Positions 58,585 through 64,000 of a DNA stretch of 64,000 nucleotides are shown here, piece by piece (the stretch's first letter is position 1; each line of letters opens with the position of its first letter). The DNA lies in the NCBI GenBank assembly GCA_963847455.1, contig CAWKAG010000042.1, positions 27,161-91,160 of the forward strand, read 5' to 3'. The translations under genes and the position numbers were made by a program. The stretch comes from an uncultured Acidimicrobiia bacterium (GTDB lineage Bacteria; Actinomycetota; Acidimicrobiia; Spongiisociales; JAENVV01). The notes under the pieces are model-generated. The model was not told where the DNA came from. It did no database searches and saw only the letters and a list, made by a program, of their open reading frames with translations.

Positions 58585-59930
58585 GCGAACGCCTCGTAGT
58601 CATCGGCGGCGATGCCGCCGGAATGTCAGCCGCGTCCCAAGCGCGCCGCCGACGCGATGCCGACGATCTGGTGATCGACGTCTTCGAGATGACCCAACGC
58701 GTCAGCTACTCGGCCTGCGGCGAACCCTATTACGTATCGGGCGACGTACCCCGAATCGAGCAGCTGATCGCCCGAACGCCGGCCCAGTTCGCCCAACAGG
58801 ACATTTCCGTCCATCTCGGCCATGAAGTGACCGAAATCGACATCGACGACCGGGTCGTCACCGTCCGAAGTGACCGCGAGACCCGGGATGTCCCGTTCGA
58901 CCAACTGGTCTACGCGACGGGCGCTCGACCGATTCGGCCGCCGATGGAAGGCATCGACCTCGACGGCGTATTCCACGTGAAGACCCTCGACGACGCCGAG
59001 GCGATCAGATTGGCGGCGGAGAGCGCAAAGACCGCCGTGGTTGTCGGCGGCGGCTACATCGGATTGGAGATGGCCGAAGCCTTCCAGGTACGAGGCCTGA
59101 CAACCCATCTCGTCACGTCGGGAACGGTCGTCATGAACCGATCACTCGACGAGGATCTCGGCGCCAAAATCACCGCGGGAATGCGTGAACGTGGTATCGA
59201 GGTGTATCCGGGACACCGGGTGAAATGCCTGGCAGACAAGGAAGGACACGTTCGGGGCGTCGAAGTTGGTGAAGCGGTCCTGGAAGCTGACCTCGTCGTG
59301 CTGGCACTTGGCACCCGTCCGGTTTCAGAACTTGCCGCCGAAGCGGGTATCCGGATCGGCCCGACCGGGGCGGTCCACGTCAACAACCGACAGCAGACAT
59401 CCGTTGAGGGAATCTGGGCCGCCGGGGACTGCGCAGAGGCCCTCCACCGGCTAACTGGCCGACCAGCCAACGTGCATCTCGGAACGGTTGCGAACAAACA
59501 GGGGCGGGTCGCCGGTATCAACATCGGTGGCGAAGATGCAACGTTCCCTGGCATCTTGGGAACGGCGATCACGAAAGTTCTGGACATCGAAATCGCCCGT
59601 ACCGGTCTGTCCCAGCAAGAAGCAGACGAAGCAGGTATCGACGCCGTTACCGCTACCACCGAGTCGACGACGATGGCCGGCTACTGGCCGGCTTCCGCCG
59701 ATATGACGCTGAAGGTGACCGCCGAGCGAGGGACCGGTCGGCTGCTCGGAGCCCAGATCGTCGGGGGCGGGACCGCCGGCAAGCGTATTGATACGCTGGC
59801 CACCGGCATTTGGAACAATATGGACGGGCTCTCGTTCTCCATGATGGACCTTTCTTATGCGCCACCGTTCTCCGGTACCTGGGATCCCGTGCTCGTGGCT
59901 GCCAGACGCGCCTACGAAAAAGCGATATGA
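58581..59930 (+). CDS. CoA-disulfide reductase / NADH oxidase-family flavoprotein
   Basis: GGDAAG, SYSACG active Cys, GGGYIG, AAGD, YAPPFS. Confidence 0.9.
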   Translation: MSERLVVIGGDAAGMSAASQARRRRDADDLVIDVFEMTQRVSYSACGEPYYVSGDVPRIEQLIARTPAQFAQQDISVHLGHEVTEIDIDDRVVTVRSDRETRDVPFDQLVYATGARPIRPPMEGIDLDGVFHVKTLDDAEAIRLAAESAKTAVVVGGGYIGLEMAEAFQVRGLTTHLVTSGTVVMNRSLDEDLGAKITAGMRERGIEVYPGHRVKCLADKEGHVRGVEVGEAVLEADLVVLALGTRPVSELAAEAGIRIGPTGAVHVNNRQQTSVEGIWAAGDCAEALHRLTGRPANVHLGTVANKQGRVAGINIGGEDATFPGILGTAITKVLDIEIARTGLSQQEADEAGIDAVTATTESTTMAGYWPASADMTLKVTAERGTGRLLGAQIVGGGTAGKRIDTLATGIWNNMDGLSFSMMDLSYAPPFSGTWDPVLVAARRAYEKAI

Positions 59931-60817
59931 GAGCAGCCCGCCTGGCGCTCGCAGGGCTGGTGGCATTAGGAGGGTGTGCCGGATTAACCACCCGATCGTC
60001 CGTCGAGACCGGTCTGCCACTCGACGAAGCCTCGCCATCGTCAGCAGCCGAGTTCGTTGCTCCCCAACCACCCGCAGGTGCCCGGTTGGCAGACGTGCTA
60101 TCCGTGCAGGATGGCGACTCGATCCGGGTAGAGCTTGATGGACGGGAAGAGCGCGTTCGGTTGATCGGAATCAACACGCCCGAGCAAGGTGAGTGTTTCG
60201 GGGATGAAGCACGGACGCTTCTGGCAGACCTGGTAGCCGGCCAACAGGTGTCAGTCAGCACCGATGTCGACGCCTATGACCAGTACGGCCGAATCCTCGG
60301 ATATGTGTGGATCGACGACCTCTTCGTCAACGCCGAGTTGGTGCTCGAGGGCGCCGCCCTCTCCAGGGATTACGAACCCAATACGACCCTCCAGTCGTTC
60401 CTCGATGATGCCGAGCGCATCGCTCAGGAGGCCGGAAGTGGCATGTGGTCAGCGACGGCCTGCGGGTCAACCGAGCAATTCGACATAACGATCACGGCCA
60501 TAAACGCTGACGCAGCGGGGCGCGACAACGAGAATCGCAACGGCGAGTGGATCACGATCACTTCGTCCAGTTCAACCGAAATCGACTTAACGGGGTGGAC
60601 GATCAAGGACGAGTCATCGGTACATCGGTACACCTTTGCCGACGGCGTCCATCTTGCTCCAGGAGCATCACTCGTGCTGTTCACGGGTTGCGGTGAGGAC
60701 CAGCCGCCCGAGTACTATTGGTGCGACGACACCCCGGTCTGGGACAATTCGGGCGACACCGGCTTCCTGCTCGATCCCAACGGGACGATCGTCAGCCAGT
60801 ACGGTTACGAAGGCTGA
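59927..60817 (+). CDS. thermonuclease (SNase) plus lamin-tail domain lipoprotein
   Basis: LGGC lipobox, DGDS, RLIGINTPE, DQYGR.L.Y; LTD motifs EWITI, LTGW, WDNSGD. Confidence 0.9.
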   Translation: MRAARLALAGLVALGGCAGLTTRSSVETGLPLDEASPSSAAEFVAPQPPAGARLADVLSVQDGDSIRVELDGREERVRLIGINTPEQGECFGDEARTLLADLVAGQQVSVSTDVDAYDQYGRILGYVWIDDLFVNAELVLEGAALSRDYEPNTTLQSFLDDAERIAQEAGSGMWSATACGSTEQFDITITAINADAAGRDNENRNGEWITITSSSSTEIDLTGWTIKDESSVHRYTFADGVHLAPGASLVLFTGCGEDQPPEYYWCDDTPVWDNSGDTGFLLDPNGTIVSQYGYEG

Positions 60818-60861
60818 TCTACTCCCCCGGACTCATTACCGGACATCGGGTACGAATGAGC

Positions 60862-60875
60862 TGGTATATATACCA
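60862..60875. promoter_or_regulatory. perfect 14-bp palindrome, candidate operator
   Basis: TGGTATATATACCA, 30 nt upstream of the ATG at 60906. Confidence 0.45.
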
Positions 60876-60905
60876 ACCACCAACCAACGAAGGGACGATC
60901 GACGA

Positions 60906-61331
60906 ATGGCGATCATGGACACGATCAAGAATATGTTCGGCAAAGCGAAGAATGTTGCGGCCGAAGCAGCTGAGAGCGCTGGCGATGCTGTCGAAAAGGC
61001 AAAAGATATGGCAGAAGACCTTGGCGACGGTGTCGGAGACATGGTCGAAGGTGCCATGGACAAGGCAGAAGGCGCTCTTGGCAAAGCCAAAGATGCCGCC
61101 GGGGACATGGTCGATAAGGCCAAGGACAGTGCCGGGGACATGGTTGACAAGGTCAAGGGTGGAGCAGGCGAAGCTGCCGATGCGGCCAAGGACGCCGCCG
61201 GTGAAGCGACCGAAGCCGTTAGCGACGTAGCTGGCGACGCCACCGAAGCGGTCAGCGACGCAGCCGAGTCTGCTACCGAAACCGTATCTGATGTAGCCGA
61301 CGAGGCTGCTGAGAAGCTCGACGGGGCATAA
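60906..61331 (+). CDS. LEA-like hydrophilic repeat protein
   Basis: 11-residue repeats (AKDAAGDMVDK/AKDSAGDMVDK; ATEAVSDVAGD/ATEAVSDAAES); rich in A, D, E and K. Confidence 0.8.
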   Translation: MAIMDTIKNMFGKAKNVAAEAAESAGDAVEKAKDMAEDLGDGVGDMVEGAMDKAEGALGKAKDAAGDMVDKAKDSAGDMVDKVKGGAGEAADAAKDAAGEATEAVSDVAGDATEAVSDAAESATETVSDVADEAAEKLDGA

Positions 61332-61352
61332 CCTCGCCGGTTCAACGTGAAA

Positions 61353-61377
61353 ATGGGGACGGCTTGGCCGTCCCCAT
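61353..61377 (+). terminator. hairpin downstream of the LEA-like gene
   Basis: ATGGGGACGGC-TTG-GCCGTCCCCAT, an 11-bp stem with a weak U tract. Confidence 0.7.
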
Positions 61378-61413
61378 CTCGCGTATGACCGCCAACTCCG
61401 ATTAAGACACGAC

Positions 61414-62088
61414 GTGAACCCCAACGACCTGCTCAATGACATAGCCCGCGACGAGTGGGCCGACCCCGTGCCGACAGCCGCGAAGGCTGCGCACGCACTA
61501 CTGGCGCTGACCGGTCAATCGTGGGCCGAGGAGGGAGTGGCGGCAGCCCAAGCGCTTCGGAAACGGCGCCCGGACCAACCGCTGCTGTTGGCAGTCACCG
61601 AGGTTGCCATGGATTTGAACGCCGTCAGGACCGCAGCCGCCCTGGAAGTCATCATCGGCCGCCTCGAAGACCCGCGCTGGTCGATGGACCTGGCTTACGA
61701 AGCCGCCCGTTATCAGCGCCTCGGCGTTCTTTCTCTCGGTGCGGGCACCAGAACCGTTCTGCGAGGCGTGACCGAATCTGCCAGCCCCGAACTCCTGACC
61801 TCCAGCCGGGCAATCCGTCGCGGCCTCCTTGAATTCATTGCGCCCGTCACGTTGGCGGCGGCCGAAACCGCCGACTGCCTCCTCCTACCCGTGATCGCCC
61901 GCCACACCGACCGGATGTGGACGACCGGTCCATTCGCCCGAATCGCCCATGCCTCGCTGGCAAACGGCAAGGCCGTGCTGCCGATTATTCATCCTCTGGC
62001 CGAATTGTCACCACTCAGTCGACAGGCGTTCCGTCCGGCCGCCTACGTAACTGATATTGTCGTTGAGCGAGAGGATCCAACCAGCTGA
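61414..62088 (+). CDS. hypothetical protein, possibly a degenerate eIF-2B/ribose-bisphosphate isomerase-like fold
   Basis: Fills the gap between genes on the same strand; helical N-terminus with RRPDQP, then an alpha/beta region. The fold call is weak. Confidence 0.55.
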   Translation: MNPNDLLNDIARDEWADPVPTAAKAAHALLALTGQSWAEEGVAAAQALRKRRPDQPLLLAVTEVAMDLNAVRTAAALEVIIGRLEDPRWSMDLAYEAARYQRLGVLSLGAGTRTVLRGVTESASPELLTSSRAIRRGLLEFIAPVTLAAAETADCLLLPVIARHTDRMWTTGPFARIAHASLANGKAVLPIIHPLAELSPLSRQAFRPAAYVTDIVVEREDPTS

Positions 62089-62142
62089 GAGCGTTGCTCG
62101 TCGCCACTAGGGTGTCGGCAACAGACACACGGAGAAGGATCC

Positions 62143-63333
62143 ATGGGCCGCATTTCCCAACGCATCGCCGCCATCGAACCATCGGCGACGGTTTCCATCA
62201 CCGCCACCGCCAAGGCAATGAAAGCGGCGGGGATTCCCGTAATCGGGTTCGGGGCCGGCGAACCGGACTTCCCGACTCCCGACTACATCGTTGAGGCTGC
62301 CATTGCAGCTTGTCGTGACCCCAAGAACCACAAGTACACGGCCGCTCCTGGCCTGCCCGAACTGCGCGAGGCCATCGCCGACAAGACGCTCCGTCACTCG
62401 GGCCTGGAGCTCGAGTCGAGCCAGGTTCTCGTGACCAACGGCGGGAAAATGGCGGTCTTTGAGGCGTTCGCCACCCTGCTGGACCCGGGTGATGAGGTGC
62501 TGATGCCCACCCCCTATTGGGTTACCTACCCTGAAGCCATCCGGATGGCAGGCGGGGTCCCGGTCAACGTGCCCACCGACGCAGCGACCGGATTCAAGGT
62601 GACGGTCGACATGCTCGAAAAGCATCTCACGCCGCAAACAAAGATCCTTCTGTTTGTTTCGCCATCGAACCCCACTGGTGCTGTGTATCAACCAGACGAG
62701 GTGGAGGCGCTTGGCAAGTGGGCAGCCGAACGGGGACTCTGGGTTCTTACCGACGAAATCTATGAACACCTCGTCTACGGCGGCGCCGTCTTCTCGTCGA
62801 TGCCCACCCTCGTGCCGGAGATTCGCGATCGGTGCGTAATTGTGAACGGCGTGGCCAAGACCTACGCCATGACGGGGTGGCGGGTTGGTTGGATGGCCGG
62901 CCCCAAGGACGTCATCAAAGCAGCCTCCAACATGCAGTCGCACGCGACAAGCAACGTCGACAATATCGCCCAGCGGGCCGCCCTGGCGGCAGTCAGCGGA
63001 CCGCTCGACGCAGTGGTGATGATGCGCGAGGCCTTTGACCACCGACGACGAACCATGGTGCGAATGCTCAACGAAATCGACGGTGTTACCTGCCTGGAGC
63101 CGGAAGGAGCGTTCTACGCGTTCCCCAACTTCGAGGGGGTATTGGGCCGGTCCATCGGTGGCAACCAGGTGCAGACCACCCTTGACGTGGCGGCCGCCAT
63201 CCTTGATGTCGCCCAGGTTGCCCTTGTGCCTGGCGAAGCATTCGGTGCTCCCGGCTACGTACGGATGTCCTACGCGCTGGGGGATAGTGACCTGGTCGAA
63301 GGCATTGAGAGGATGGCTCAAGCGCTGTCCTGA
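62143..63333 (+). CDS. class I PLP-dependent (aspartate) aminotransferase
   Basis: [29 protein letters not shown]. Confidence 0.95.
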   Translation: MGRISQRIAAIEPSATVSITATAKAMKAAGIPVIGFGAGEPDFPTPDYIVEAAIAACRDPKNHKYTAAPGLPELREAIADKTLRHSGLELESSQVLVTNGGKMAVFEAFATLLDPGDEVLMPTPYWVTYPEAIRMAGGVPVNVPTDAATGFKVTVDMLEKHLTPQTKILLFVSPSNPTGAVYQPDEVEALGKWAAERGLWVLTDEIYEHLVYGGAVFSSMPTLVPEIRDRCVIVNGVAKTYAMTGWRVGWMAGPKDVIKAASNMQSHATSNVDNIAQRAALAAVSGPLDAVVMMREAFDHRRRTMVRMLNEIDGVTCLEPEGAFYAFPNFEGVLGRSIGGNQVQTTLDVAAAILDVAQVALVPGEAFGAPGYVRMSYALGDSDLVEGIERMAQALS

Positions 63334-63395
63334 TGTCCGGCTGAGACGTTCGCCACCGCCACTACAATTCGCGGCCGCTAGGCGAGGTCGCAACA

Positions 63396-64000
63396 GTGTC
63401 GGTATCAGGGAACAGTGCACGGGCCATGATCCTGGTTGAACCGCGCCGTTTCACTCCCACCCGACTCAACGTCGCCGAGATGGAGGTTGGCGGTTGGCTG
63501 GCCGTCGAAGCGACCGGGCTTTCCGGGGTCGACGTTCAGGCCTGGGAAGGCACCAGTCGATTCGTCAAGTATCCACTCATTCCCGGCCATGAGGTCGTGG
63601 GGCGAATCGCCGACTCCATGACGGATTTTGGTATCCCGGTAGGTACCCGGGTTGTCGTCGAAAGCTCCATCCGATGCGGTGCATGCCGCCGGTGTATGAA
63701 CAATGTCTCATCGTGTAGTTTTCGCCGACCGATCAACGCCTACGGGCAACTGCCGTCGACGGAGAGCCCGGCTTTGTGGGGTGGATTCGCCGAATTGATG
63801 TACCTCGACCCGGGTTCCCGACTCCACGTAGTGTCCGACGATGTCCCGGCAGTTGTCTCTGCGTTCGCACACCCTTTGGCGGCGGGATTCACCTGGGCGG
63901 TCGAGGTACCTGAATTGGAAGCCGGCGAGAACATACTGATCATGGGACCAGGCCCTCGTGGGCTTTCTGCCCTGGTCGCAGCCAAGGCCGCAGGAGCAGG
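63396..64000 (+). CDS. zinc-binding MDR-family dehydrogenase, truncated by the window end (absent from the ORF track)
   Basis: Manual translation from GTG 63396: ...EATGLSGVD...IPGHEVVG...CGACRRC...C...GGFAE...MGPGPRG, open to the end. Confidence 0.88.
   Translation, partial: MSVSGNSARAMILVEPRRFTPTRLNVAEMEVGGWLAVEATGLSGVDVQAWEGTSRFVKYPLIPGHEVVGRIADSMTDFGIPVGTRVVVESSIRCGACRRCMNNVSSCSFRRPINAYGQLPSTESPALWGGFAELMYLDPGSRLHVVSDDVPAVVSAFAHPLAAGFTWAVEVPELEAGENILIMGPGPRGLSALVAAKAAGA

Noticed and set aside
61090-61300. 33-bp direct repeats as a CRISPR-like array
   Set aside because: They are in-frame coding repeats of the LEA-like protein, with no unique spacers and no cas genes.
62107-63420. 437-aa ORF on the - strand
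   Set aside because: Antisense shadow of the aminotransferase gene.
1-64000. Additional UGA-readthrough selenoproteins, tRNAs, IS elements or prophage
   Set aside because: Other TGA-ending genes look complete at their stops and I saw no Cys-equivalent context or SECIS; no tRNA cloverleaf, transposase, integrase or phage gene was recognised by eye. This was not an exhaustive computational scan.

Overview
A GC-rich, gene-dense 64 kb chromosomal segment. Gene content and many leaderless TANNNT promoters suggest an actinobacterium, probably Acidimicrobiia-like (inference). It has about 60 CDSs, mostly housekeeping: DNA repair (AdnB-like helicase-nuclease, Tag, UvrD-HRDC helicase, a complete nurA-herA-sbcD-sbcC operon), lipid metabolism (plsB, gpsA, acyl-CoA dehydrogenase, acyl-CoA ligase, racemase, SDRs), carbohydrate metabolism (malQ, pfkA), Fe-S/sulfur (nfuA, sufE, rhodanese), and a lone pilT. 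I saw no rRNA, tRNA, CRISPR array or IS element. Four signals are not explained by the ORF track. (1) The B12-type radical SAM gene at 8348-6987 is very likely a selenoprotein: the called stop is an in-frame UGA in WFC-U-AEP, followed by a SECIS-like hairpin. (2) An unannotated ~140-nt structured RNA at ~42478-42619 has its own sigma70-type promoter, GCAA and UUCG tetraloops, two ACCCCCAA motifs and an intrinsic terminator. (3) That RNA converges on two tandem small FlgM-like proteins, one apparently under a housekeeping leaderless promoter and one under a sigma28-type leaderless promoter, with no flagellar genes in view. (4) Two single-base frameshifts (about nt 102 and 19790) break otherwise intact genes and are probably assembly errors. 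Family assignments come from motif recognition only; no database searches were run.
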